Of a stretch of DNA of 64,000 bases, positions 37,298-50,170 are shown in pieces. A program made the translations under genes and the position numbers. This stretch comes from Vicugna vicugna. Lineage: Eukaryota. The DNA lies in the NCBI GenBank assembly GCA_013265495.1, contig MU058570.1, positions 62,001 through 126,000 of the forward strand, given 5' to 3'. Under the pieces are notes generated by a model that was not told the origin of the DNA, ran no database searches, and was given only the letters and a program-made list of their open reading frames with translations. Positions within the stretch are counted from its first letter, which is position 1. Every line of letters begins with the position of its first letter.

Positions 37298-40200
37298 CTT
37301 TTAAAAAGATGTGGAGTTGTCATTCACCAGTGTGCTGATACACACAAATCCCGACTGTATAAAGTGACAGTAACGTTAAAATGACTATGTATGGAAAATA
37401 CCACAGGCACAAGATAGGAACCAAAGTGCAAAACTTTGTGGTTTTCTGAAATCCATAGAAGTTTTAACAAGCAATGAGTGCCACATGTTTTCTAAAGACA
37501 TTGGTGATAAATTTCTCTGATGCAATATGAGAACATAATATTTAATAATAAAAAAATTTCCCCTCAAAAGTCTGCCTTGAAATGTTAACTGGCTTCACTG
37601 TAAAGGATGACGATTTTCTAAATCATTTTCTTCTTCAGATTAAAAAGAAATCCCAATATCAATAGTGTAATCTCTTCTTTACAGTGAAAAATATTTTGAG
37701 AATTGTAATACTTAACAAGATGTACAAGACGTCTCAGTTCATTTCCTCATCACTAGTATGCTAAAATTATCCTAGTTGGATAACTTAACATGTTGACCTT
37801 AAATTTTGGCATAACTCACCTGGGGGTGTTTTTTTTAAAAAGTAGTTTTAAATCCAAAAGAAACAATTCATAATTTCCAAGAAGCACTTCCATGACATCT
37901 AATTTTGAATGTGGTAATTTATCTTTTCCATTCTGTAATGGACTATGAAGAAGAATACTGTGCATGTTTCTGTCTCGTATGTGAGGTATATGTACCCAGT
38001 CTTTGGAAAAGTGTTTCATTTTTGAAACAACTGAGGTTACAGAATCATTTCTGAAGATTTTTTTTTAATAATTGGGAGATCACCAACAGATTTTCAGATG
38101 GCCTTTTGTTTTCTGCCTTTTTACAGGTCCTTGAACCTTTTATGAAGTCAACATATAGACTGTGCATTAAGGATTCTAACAGGAGTTTAACAGTAAAGGA
38201 AATGAGCAAAGTCCTCAATGGGAGGCAGTGTAAGTGAACCTTGGTGACAACTGCACTCACTCCTCGCCTGAGCCTTAGCCCCCGTTTCCAAACGTCTAAT
38301 GGACACTTAGCTGTCCTGCCAGCCTCTCAAATGTTATGTGTCTAAAAAAAGGAGCAGAGGTCATCATTTCCTTCCCAGCTCAGCCTGGATACAAAAGGCA
38401 AGGAAGCAGTTAGACGGCTCTGTCCAGGATTATCGTCCTCCCTTCTATTACCGAGGTACCGCTCTTCTCAGAGCTGCTAACGCACAGGACCCGAGGGTTA
38501 CCACTGCCCCAGCTTGCTCAGCGCCCCCTCCCCATTTTCACTCCTGAAGTCTTCTTTCCTCTCTCTTTACAATGTCCCTTGAAATCACTCCTTCTTCCCA
38601 TTTTCTCTGCCACCAACGACCACTGCAAAATTGGACTACGTGGCTTTATGATCAGTACTCTCTCCTGTTTTGTTTCCCTAGCCACACTGTGCACAGGTTG
38701 ATTTTCCTAAAATCCCACGATCACTGTATTCCTGACTGAAACACCTGTGATGGAGTTTCAGCTCCGGCAGATTAAGACCCACTCAGCCTGGTATACAAGT
38801 GCTCTCCAGTGACTCCCCATCTATCCTTCCAACTTGATCTCCAAGCACTCCTTGCAGAAACCCTCAGCTCCATCCCCCGTGATCTTCCTCATCCTGCCCT
38901 TCTCCATCACTTCTAAGTCCTAATATACCCTCCCCATGCCCACTTCCCCTGGTCCAAACTGCACTCGCTCACTCATTACTGCCTTCCTACTGTGTGCCAG
39001 GAGGCCACGGGCCCTTCCCCCAGAACCTCCTCTTTTGTATCCTCATTATAAACAGTCTTTCCCTCTTCTAAACTCTAATAAAAGAAACTGTGTGCCCCAT
39101 ATACATGGAACATAATACCACAATGTGGAAATGCTCTAGACTCTTCCTCAACTACCACTGCATCCCTGAGGACAGTGAACACGGTTAATAGGGGTTTACT
39201 GCTGTCAGGGAGGTCAGTGTGGGTCTGCTGGAGAGCAGGGGCCATGACAGGATGAGAGGGGCCGAGGATTCCTGGGAAAGGCAGCAGGTAGGGAGAGCTT
39301 TCAGACCACGTTGCAGGCCTGATGTCTACAGAGGAGAAAAGGAAGAAAGGAGCACTGAGGGGGGCCTGCGACTGCAGCCCCGTCCCAAGGGTTCAGCCAC
39401 ACCACGGGGAGTCCTTGAACCAAAGCCCCCCACTGCAGGTGCCCTGTGTCCTGCTGGAGGGAGCCTGACTTCGTGTTCCTGCCCTGCTGAGCCACTGAGG
39501 GCCTCAGGGTAAATCCATGTGGACCCAGAGGGGCAGGGGGGCTCAGCGGCTACCACCACAGGGCCTGGCACAAGTATTACTGCTCATGTGTGCTCAATGA
39601 ATACACAGTTGGTGTTTCATGAAAGGAAAGAAGCCAATCAAGAAAAACTAAATCAAGGAAAAATAAACCCCATACAATGTGTCACTTTAGATTGAGCAAA
39701 TTTGGCATGCGAACATCTAGATGTATAAAGAGGTTTTAGGAAAGGGTTAGCTTCTGGAAAAATGCGTCAGTAGAACAGCAGACTTCTTGTGTGAAGGGCC
39801 AGAGAACAAGAGTTTCAGGCTTTTCACACTGGAAGCAGCCACAGTCAAGAAATGAAGGAGTGTGGCAGGGCAGATCAAACTTCATTTACACACACGGTCC
39901 GTTTAATCAGCTCAGTTGTGAAATCAACATAGTAAACCATGACCAACGTTAGAAAACAAAAAAAACCCCAGAGAATATTTCCTGGGACAGAAAATATTAC
40001 CAGATACTGTGTGTGGCAAGGGTAACTCCTGTTAAGAAACTTTTATTTTTATGGGTTGTGATTAAAATATAGTTTTCTGAAGGCCAGGATCAAAGGAGCT
40101 GGGAAAGCGTGTCTCCAGTACACGACTGCTATCACCGTCAGTGACGTGGGGCTGAGGAGGTGAGCGTCCCTGAAGGCAACAGCCCAGGAAGTGTTATAAA

Positions 40201-40666
40201 GCCCAATCCTCCAGGCTCCTGTGGATCAGAGCACGAGGATACCACACTTTATCCTGGTGCTCTACAGCTAAACATGATTAAGATACCACAACATGATGAA
40301 TTGCTCAACATCCGACCAACAACTTTTCTGGACATTTTCCAGGATCTCACAGTTTCTCTATTTCTCTCTCTCTCCTTTTTCTTCTTTTTAACATTTTTCT
40401 TGTCATAAATTCAATCAGAGTAAGTCTCCCTACATTTGGTAATTCTCACCATAAACTGAGTTGGTAGAAAAACTGAGTTGTTCCTCCTAAAGAAATTCCT
40501 TTTAACAGTGACCATTTACTGAGATATTCATATATGTAATAGCTATTTAAAGGCACTAATTATTGTCAAATATGTTTTAGAAATTTAAAACCTCACATGT
40601 CATTTTTATTCAACAGGTCAAATTTTATTTTGGTTATATACTTTGAGCCAGATAAATATTTTATTT

Positions 40667-41180
40667 ATAAGAAGTTGTGGTATATTTATACAATGGAATA
40701 CTACTCAGCCATAAAAAAGAATAAAATGCCATGTGCAGCAAAACGGATGGACCTAAAGAACATCATTCTAAGTGAAGCCAGAAAGAGAAAGAAAAATACC
40801 ATATGATATCACTCATATGTGGAATTCAAAAAAAAGAAAAGAAAAGAAAAAAATAGGACACTAATGAACTCATCTACAAAACAGAAAGACTCACAGACAT
40901 AGTAAACAATCTTACAGTTACTGGGGAAAGGGGTTGGGAAGGGGTAAATTTGGGAGACTGAGATTTACAAATGTTAGCCAATATATATAAAAATAGGTTT
41001 CATAAAGTTTCTTCTGTATAGCACAGGGTACTATGTTCAATATCTTCTAATAACTTTTAATGAAAAAGAATATGAAAACAAATATATGTATGTATATGCA
41101 TGACTGGGACACTGTGCTGTACACCAGAAACTGACACATTGTAACTAACTATACTTCAATTTAAAATATAATAAAATAAA
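40667..41180 (+). mobile_element. L1 3' end
   Basis: aagaagttgtggtatatttatacaatggaatac through the 3' UTR to an A-rich tail. Confidence 0.9.
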
Positions 41181-41785
41181 TACTTAATTTACCTGTTTTG
41201 ACTTGACTATCAAGAAGCCAGAATGAAATCTAGTAAGTAATTGTTTAATCAGTCCTATTTTTTTTTAACAAAAGATCTCCTTTCCCTACAGGGCATCTAA
41301 TCTCTATTCTGATTACCCTATATGTGCCTATTACTGTGCCAACTAAATTTTACTGCTGAACTCCTTAAATCCTTTCTTGAAGTACTAGATAGGATTTAGA
41401 TTATACACACATAAACAGCAAATGTAGTAGTCAAATGACCTTATAACACAATTTCAATGTAAAATGGTTTTCTATATGACAGCCATTGGCTTGAGGGCAA
41501 TGCGATAAGAATCGTGCTAAGGACAAATTTTTATCTTTTTCCCCTCTTAAACTTTTCACACTGAACTGTTCTGAAAGATGGTATTCTTTTCACCTTCTAT
41601 TCCAAAAGGAACTTGTGGAAGAAAGATCTGGATGTTCACATGATTTTTTTTTTATTCCTGCCCTCCACCATAATATCCACAAAATATTTAGAATTTGATA
41701 AATTAGAATAAATTGAAATTAGCCAAATACATAACAGATTCCACCCCGTCCCTACACTAGTTACAGATTGAATCACAAAACTTAC

Positions 41786-41858
41786 CTCCTCACAGGTCTC
41801 AGGTGGCAAAACATTTCTGAGTATATATGCAGATCAACTCCCAGGCATCCATCAATTG
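41786..41858 (-). pseudogene. TCAIM: TCAIM exon 2 (5' UTR plus ATG at 41814; MFCHLRPVR)
   Basis: Acceptor ctttttcag, 29 coding nt, donor GTAAGT. Phase matches exon 3. Confidence 0.9.
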
Positions 41859-41875
41859 CTGAAAAAGTTAAGCAG

Positions 41876-43913
41876 ATACCAATAATGAATAAGTGGAATT
41901 TAAAATTAAAAACACATTGCTATTTACATTAATGCCCCCCAATGAAATACTTAGTTATAAATCTAACAAAATATGTATAAGACCTACATGAGAAAAACCA
42001 TAAAACTCTCATGAAAGATATCAAAGAACTAAGTAAGTGGAAATTCCATGTTAATGGACAGGAAGACTCAATACTGTCAAGACATCAGTTCTTTCCAACT
42101 TTGTCTGCAGATTCAATGCAATCCCAACCTAAATCCAAGCAGGTTCTTCTACAGATATCAACAAACTCATTCTAAAGTTTACATGGAGAGGCAAAAGACT
42201 CAGAATAGCCAACTCAATATCGAAGAGGAATAAAGCTGGAGGACTAACACTACTGGACTTCAAGCCTTACTGTAAAGCTACAGTAATCACGTCAGTGTGG
42301 TAGTGGTGAAAGAACAAATGGATCGGTGGAAGCGAACTGAGAGCCCAGAAACAGACCTACAAAAATACAGCCAACTGATCTGTGACAAAGGAGCAAAGCC
42401 AATACTATGGGGCAACGATAATCTTTCCAACCAATGGTGCTGGAACCACTGGACATCCACAGGCAAAATTATTAACCCAGTCACAGACCTTCACAAAAAT
42501 TAACTCAAAATGGGTCAAAGACCTAAATGTAAAATACAAAACCATAAAATTCCTAAAAGATTACCTAGAAGAAAACTTCGATGATCTTAGGTATGACAAA
42601 TAACTCCAGATACAACACTAAAGGCACGATCCATGAAGGAAAGAACTGATAAGCTGAATTTTATTAAAATTAAAAACTCGTGATCTGGGAAAGACAATGT
42701 AGAGAAAATGAGAGGACAAACTACAGACTGGGAGAAAATATTTGCAAAAGATACACATATCTGACAAAGCAATGCTATCCAAAACATACAAGAACAAAAA
42801 CAAAAACAAAAACCCAACAATAAAATGGACAATCTGATTAAAAAACAGAGCAAACACACCTCATGAAAGATGACATACAGATGGCAAATTAGCAAGTGAA
42901 AATACACTCCACATCATATGTCAGCAGGGACATACAAATTAAAACAGCAGTGAGATACCACTATACACTTATTAGAAAGGCCAAAATCCAAAACACTGAC
43001 AACATTAAATGCTGGTGAGGATGTGGAGCAACAGGAACTCTCTCATTCATTGCTGGTAAGAATGAAAAATGGTACAGCCGCTATGGAAGACAGTCTGGTG
43101 CTTTCTTACAAAACTAAAGGTACTCTTACCATATGACCCAACCACCACATTCCTTAGTATTTACCCAAATGAACTGAAAACATGTCTACACACAAGTAAA
43201 CACGGATGTTTACTTTTATTCATAACTGCCAAAACTTGGAAGTAACCAAGATATCCTTCAGTAGGTAAACAGATAAACTATAGTACATCCAGAAAACTGA
43301 GTATTATTCAGTGCTATTATTATTATTTCATGAGCCCTCAAAGCCATGAAGAGACATGGAGGACATGTAAATGCACATTAATAAGTGAAAGAAGCAAAAA
43401 AAAAGAAAATGAATATATGTATGTGCATATATGACTGAAGCACTGTGCTGTACACCAGAAATTGACACAACATTGTAAACTGACTATTCAATAAAACTAT
43501 ATATTAAAAAAAAGTGAAAGAAGCCAATCTGGAAAGATAATATACTGTATGATTCCAACTATATGACATTCTAGAAAAGGCAAAACTATGATGATAGTAA
43601 AAAGATCAGTGGTTTGGAGGGGAAGAGGGATGAAGATGTGGAGCACAGAGGATGTTTAAGGCAGAGTCACTACAACGGTAGATAACACGTCACTGTACAT
43701 TTGTCCAAACCTTTGGGGTGTGTAACACCAAGAGGGAATCCTAATGTAGACTTGGGGTGATAATGATGTTAGTGTGGGTTCACTGATTTTAACACACGTA
43801 CCCTACAAGGGGTGGGAGTTGTGTGTGGCAGGGAGGGGATATGTGGGAACTCTGTACTTTGCTCACTTTTGCTGGCAACCTAAAACTGCTCTAAAAAATA
43901 AAGTCTATTTTTT
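41876..43913 (+). mobile_element. Old 5'-truncated L1 (L1MC1-like) with a nested young L1 tail at 43396-43511
   Basis: Frameshifted ORF2 and a 3' end aacctaaaactgctctaaaaaataaagtctatt. Nested insert TSD AAGTGAAAGAAGC at 43383-43395 and 43512-43524. Confidence 0.88.
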
Positions 43914-45829
43914 AAAAAGGTTAAGTAGGTAAAAGGAACATGATTTCAATCACATGAAGTTTTCCAACAATTTAGAGCTTCAGCAAGAATTTCAATGAAA
44001 CTATAGTCTCCAACGTCAACTGACCAAGTGATTTTAAAAATCCTATGAGCAGTCTCTTATAGAAGTCTTGAAAAGTGATTATTATTTACACAAAAATCAC
44101 CAGGTAAAAAGTCCTTTTCTGCCCCCTGCTTCTGAAGCTCTGAGCTTTCTCCATGCCTCCATTCTCATAGACTTGCAGAGCAGCATACTCATTGAGAACA
44201 AACCACCAAAAGGCTCAAGTCCTATTCTGTCAAATTTTATGCATTAAAAATGTTTTAAAAAAATTTTCATAATGCAGTTAATATATCTGAACAAAGGTAA
44301 TGTAATGAAGCATAAGTGTCATTAACATAATGATAGGAAGATGTATTTTAAAGAAAAATCAAAGAATGGCCTATTTAAAAAAAAGTGCATTTTCAAACAA
44401 CAGTGTATAGTTATATTTATTTTCTGGTTGACTGCTGCGGCAAGAGTCTTGTGGATACACTGTGTTACAGGCATTCATTTAAATGTTTAAAAGGGTGATT
44501 TTTACTTAACCATTCACCTTGCTATTCTGTAACACAGACACCAGAAATACTCCTCCCATTTGGAATATTTCTGAGAATAAATGGAGACACAATGAGGAAG
44601 AAAGAACCATTCTGATTAACGTTTCAGTGCTGCCCGTGATGGACTGAAATCTCACCAAACGTCATCACAAAGTAACTGAACACTGCACTTAGGTAAGATG
44701 GCACAGGTACAGGGCTGGAAGCTTGCAAAGAAGAGATGAGATGCACAACCCTACCCAGTCCAGACCTGGCTCTCTCTAGGTGATAGTGAGCAAGTCCTTT
44801 CCTTTTTTTTCTTATTGCCTCGTCTGTTTAAAATGAACAGGTGGAGTACGTTCTTAAAAATTAACAACAACAACAAAAATCAAAGGAAGCACTTAGGCCT
44901 ACGATTACAATGTCAGCAAAGTAACCTGTTTTACTCATCTGTTGCAGCAATATCTTAGAAGTTCATGAAATCAAAATGTCTCCATCCGATGTGCAAATGT
45001 AGTCTGTCCAACAGTCATGCTCCAGGCCGGATTTTCAAAAGTAAGGCATCAAAACAAACAAAATGGTGGAAAGAAACTCATGATAACTGATTTGAAATAA
45101 AAGAGGTGTTAGGAAGTTTAAAAGTTCAAGTATACTAAAAAGGTAATAAAATTGTTTGAAATCAACTTAGAAAAGACTGACTGCCTCAAATTTGATTCAC
45201 AAAGAATTTGAGAGGCAAGTAGCCCAGTTATACTGCTTAGGAGTTTATATAGCTAAACATTTATGAATAAGAACTGATAAGAGGCTGATTGAGCCAAGAA
45301 AGCAACTTACAAGATTTGTCTTGAGTTACTTGAGAACTAGTCTCCAAAGAGTCACTCACAGCAAGATTGCAAAAATTAGGGTATCTATCCTTAATGACTT
45401 TCAAATACTGAGCATAAAGTATGTTGTGCAGAGAATTATAGAGCATGTTTTAGAAGTGTTTCCATCATAAATAATCAAAGCAACAACAAAAAGTTTTGTA
45501 GTTAAAAGTACTGGTCTTTACTTGCCCAGAAAAATTATTCATTCACTGTTGCTTTGTATTCATGGGGATAATTAAACTTAGTACTGAGCAATGACTAGTA
45601 AAGAACATTAATACTTGGAAGTGTGACAAGAGATTCTCCCAAAGAAAATAAAATGTTCTCAAATACAAGTCTGAATGTTAAATCAAGTTCTCCAGATAAA
45701 GAATTTTTAAAAGTCAGACTATTATAGATTAAGAGTTAGGTGTTTTTCTGCCTCATTTTTTGGTAAATAGGCTATTTCCTAAAAAAAGGTTCACACTGCA
45801 GTAAAGAGAATGAGAATCTACACTTTGCT

Positions 45830-46095
45830 TTCTAGTAAGGTAGCTACTAGCACATGTGAGTACTACAATTTGAGATGTGTTTTAAGCGTAAAGTGCCTAC
45901 TGGATTTTAAAGAATGCAAAGTATCACATTAATAATTTTTTATACTGATTAGATGTCAAAATGGTAATTTATTAAAATTAATTTCACTTAATCTTTTTGC
46001 TTTAAAAAAAAACACAACCAGCTTTTAACTGTCTTTAATTTACAACCAGAAAACTTTAAATTCCATCTGTGGTTCACACTGTATTTCTACTGGAC
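45830..46095. mobile_element. hAT relic (MER33-like)
   Basis: tagctactagcacatgtgag...tttaaattccatctgtggttcacactgtatttctactggac. Confidence 0.65.
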
Positions 46096-48088
46096 CACGT
46101 TGATGTAGGCCAGTTCAAGGCAAATTTAACACGACATTGTCAGAGAAGGCAGTCTGCACAATGGTTAGAGAGGTTGGAGCCTCTAAGATCTGAATTCAAA
46201 TCTTGACTCCATCACTACCAGCTGTGCGAGCAAGGACAAGTTGCTTCACCTTCCTGAGTCTGTTTCCTCATCTAGTAAATAAGACAGATGGTCCAGGAGC
46301 AGTTGGTTTCTTTAAGATGAATTAGCTTAACTTGTGTGTCGTTGGTAAGCAGGGGAGAGATGTTACATGCATTTTTCTCCCCAGCATGTTAATGATTGGA
46401 AATGACCAGAGGTGGGCTTTTTACAATTACAAAACCCTTAATAGAAAAAAACACCTGAACGTCCCCTAGTAGTTCTTTCCCTTGGTTTAAGAAGCAGACA
46501 GTTAGGGCTTCAAGTGTGTCTGCATTTTTCCACATCAAGCCATCTGGGAAGCTGCCAGTGCAGATGAAAAAGCCAGAAATTTCCACATGTCTTGTTTTGA
46601 ATGGTATTTTCCCTCCATAAACCTTGTCTCGTGTATTAGTGTGCAGAATGCCAAGATTTCCAGCATGTATGTCACAGGAAAAATACTTGTGTCATATGTA
46701 CTATCACTACACACTGCCCTAAAATCACAATATAAAATTTGTCATTAACTTAGAGAATACTTGGGGCTAACACCATACTATAGTCAGCTGGACAGGAGTA
46801 GTTTGCTCAGAAACTTTGTCTTTGCTGTAGAAAATGTCTACTGAGTTACTGAATTTTATTGAAATTTGTCTTGATTTCATAAAAAAGGAAAAATGACAAT
46901 CCTAATATTGAGAACAAGGACTAACAAATTTAATACAAATGAAACAGCAATAAATATGTGTATCATTGTTGGCTTTTATCTGATGCTTATTAGACTGAAG
47001 TTATTTGGGCTGTGTATTTAAGAAAACATGCTGGAAGACGGATTTAAAATGCTGGAAATATTCATTAAAGATTGTTTCTAAAAGATGAAATGTACTCTTG
47101 AACACTGTAATTATTTTTGAGCTCTCTGGATATGGAATCCTGCATCTGACTTTTGTACATGTTTCTAGGAGGACATCATGTGAAAGTAGGTGCAACCTCG
47201 CTCATAGGATTTTTGTGAAACTTAAGCAAAATAATGTGCGTAACTGACAGCAACATTTGACAAGCAGAAAATTCATAAAAGTGGTAACTATTGTTATTCA
47301 ACTCAGAGTGTATAAAAACCTGCAGAATTCTTTTTTTCCCCTTCTAATGAGGGCTCATCTATAGACAGAGCACACAGTTAAATGCAACATTTTCCCTGAA
47401 AACAAGTTTTGTGATTGAAAATTCAGAATTCTTGCAATAAGGGATCGATGCCTGAAAGTCTTAAAAAGACACTATAAGGCTACAGACAAGTCAAAATTTA
47501 CAAATGAACAACTTAATTTCACAAACTTTAGCTAACACAGTGAATCTACCCAAACAAGTAAATATGACTTATTATTCAAAGACAAAGAAAGTTAGCATTT
47601 GCTTAATAATAAAAACATTAAGCGTTCACAGTGGTAGCACTTCTCATTTCAAAATAGAAAAGAATCGAAGTGGGTAAAATAAAACATATTGTTCCGTGGC
47701 AACTGCCTTTTTTTATGAATTAATATTGGTTTTTTAAAGACAGTATTTATCAACTGGGAGGTGGAGGGCCAATAGGAGAGGGCACATGACTTCTTTTTGC
47801 CAACAACTTTCCCTTCTCACCCAGCGGTGGTATTTCTATAGGAAAATGCCTATGTATATAAGAAAGATACTCATTTAATAATTCTGATCTACACTCAACC
47901 AAATTATTATTCTAAGATGATCATTTCCTATTTAAATTCTTGGAAAAAATTGGTTATTTCCCATAAGCTCTCCTTTAAGAGTGGGCTCTGACAACTAAGT
48001 AACAGGGAAGATGTGATCAGATCAGGATTCAGTTTTGGAAAAGGCAGAAGATAAGAAGGCAAGAAAGAGAAGGAACCATCCTTTAGGG

Positions 48089-48124
48089 CAAGTGGTTCTC
48101 AAAGCTCAAGTTTGAGAACCACTG
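48089..48124. mobile_element. 36-bp TIR-only hAT (MER5-like) element
   Basis: Inverted repeat AGTGGTTCTCAAA / TTTGAGAACCACT with a 7-nt spacer. 8-bp flanks CTTTAGGG / CTTTAAGG. Confidence 0.75.
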
Positions 48125-49869
48125 CTTTAAGGAACCCTGATTCTATCACTCTATAGGACCAAGGCAGCTGGCAGGAAACCTTTAAGCTTTAATTCTTTAA
48201 ATACACTTGCTTAATACAATTTTAGGGAAAGATCTTTAGATACCCAATTGTATGCTAAAAGTCAAATGAAGATTTTAAATTTTGCCTGAACTTGTTCTTT
48301 GTTTCCTGTATGGTTTACCCAATTCTTAAGATGAGAAAAAAAAATCTAGCGTAAATAAGGTTAAAGGCCAGCAGGCACAGCTGCTTGCCCTCTCCTGTGC
48401 CACACATCTTGGGTTAGTCCTCATCTTTACAAGACCAAGCACCCAATTTTATCACTTCGGCCAGAAATAAACAGGCCCTGGGAAGATGAAAGATAAGGGG
48501 CCTGACTGATAATTACCAATGACAACTTTTAAATTTACTACGAGAAATGTAATTGCTAAAAAGACCAGAAGATTCAGATTTGTGGTTCTTTTCCTTACAG
48601 GATCAGCTACACAGAAAATCAAATTACCATCAGCAGATTGAAGAGCCACTGCTTCAGAGTAGAACTGGGGCTTCCATTTGCTAGTGAGAAAGAGTCCCAA
48701 AGCCTGGGGCATCCAGGTCAACTGCAAGATTCTGGTTTTCAAATTCATACATGAGTGGTTCTTGCCCGTATATCAAGGTAGCCACTATCCTTCCATTAGG
48801 AAAAGGCCTCAGGCATACTACAAAAAAACTAAAAAGTTTCCTCTGCCTTAACCACACCTGGGAGTAACTCTGGGGGCCTTAACTCACCCAACTCATCAAC
48901 AGGCATTTACCCAAGCATTTATGTGCCAGGCTGTATGCAAGTACTGAGAACAGAAAAACATCAAGACAGGCCCACCTCTCCAAAAACTAGGAGAGAGAGC
49001 AGGAGTGGAAGAACACACACAAGCAGGCAATTACAAAACACTGCAGCAAGTGAAGCGACTTTGCCATGCAGAGTGTGAGGGGAAACTCCCAGCTGGTAAC
49101 ACTTAGAACGGCTGGGTTCTGGAAGGTTTTTACAAGGAGATGGTATCCTCTGGATGGAGGGTTGGAAGGACGCAGTTCATTTACAAACCATCGTAAATGG
49201 CTGCTGTAATCCACTTAATAGTGTAATTACGTTCTATTTCATAAAATGAAAATTTCTGATTTTAACTGTGCTGTTAAATTCTGTGCTGTTAAAGGGAGGC
49301 ACTAAATCTGTGCAGTTTCAAGTCAAATTTGGTAGAGATATCTAAACTGGTGGAAAAGCCAAATTATGAGTAGTTTAAGAAAAACTTTTGTTTAAGTTGC
49401 TTTTTATAGAAACAATGTTTGCCAAATAGAGGTCTTACTGATCTTTGGCCATCTGGCACAATTGTTATTTGAAAGTAACTTATTTTAACAGAGTTAATAG
49501 CCTCAGGTGGCTCTCATTTAAACTGTGACTTTACTTAGCAACTATTTTGTAAGATTTTAAAAAGTAGTTTGTTCTATCAAGGAGAGAGAAAAGCAGGAAA
49601 ATTTTCACTGCTTTTCAGTTTAATACTTCTTAGGAAAGAGAAAAAGGCAAAACCCCCACAAAAACAAGAAGCCCTTTGGATAAATTAATAAATTATAGCA
49701 AAGCAAAGTATCTAGGTTTTTAAGCTTCCTTTTCTAAATATTTTGCTATGAGATGTGAATCACAGCAATTTCCTACGGTAAGTCAAAGGCTTTGGGGAAA
49801 TATGATAGTTGGAAACAATAAAACGTTAAATCATCTTAGGTCTCTCATTTCAAAATAAGTTAAAACAGA

Positions 49870-50170
49870 TGCGTTACGGGTACTCCAGTCCTTGGCATTG
49901 CCTTGGTTCAAAACTTAGCACAACGAGATAAGGTGACTCTGAGCCCTGCCCGCACCGACTTCCATTTCTGCCCCAAACAGCCCGCAGGCACAAACGGAAC
50001 CCCCCTCCCCTCCTCCTGCTACTTACATTCTGGCAAGGGTCCACATGCCGCTTTTCTCTGACCTGTTCCTCCTCCCACCAGACGCCAGGAGTAAGGATGG
50101 CCCGGGTGTCCCATCTCAGGGTGCAGGGGAGGGACAAGGCTGGCTTGATGGATCAGCCCGCAAGCTTTCG
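49870..50170 (-). promoter_or_regulatory. Candidate TCAIM promoter / non-coding exon 1
   Basis: The most GC-rich patch, with residual CpGs, between the TOPAZ1 3' end and TCAIM exon 2. Minus-strand donor GTAAGT at 50021-50026. Confidence 0.45.

Larger units (their letters stand above)
21964..41858 (-). pseudogene. TCAIM: TCAIM (T-cell activation inhibitor, mitochondrial) exons 2-8; probable unitary pseudogene
   Basis: Seven GT-AG exons join in phase (29+136+154+253+123+98+92 = 885 coding nt) and give MFCHLRP...AVHPDFFGQ...HHHWTK. In-frame stops at codons 94 and 118. Downstream exons not found in the window. Confidence 0.88.
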
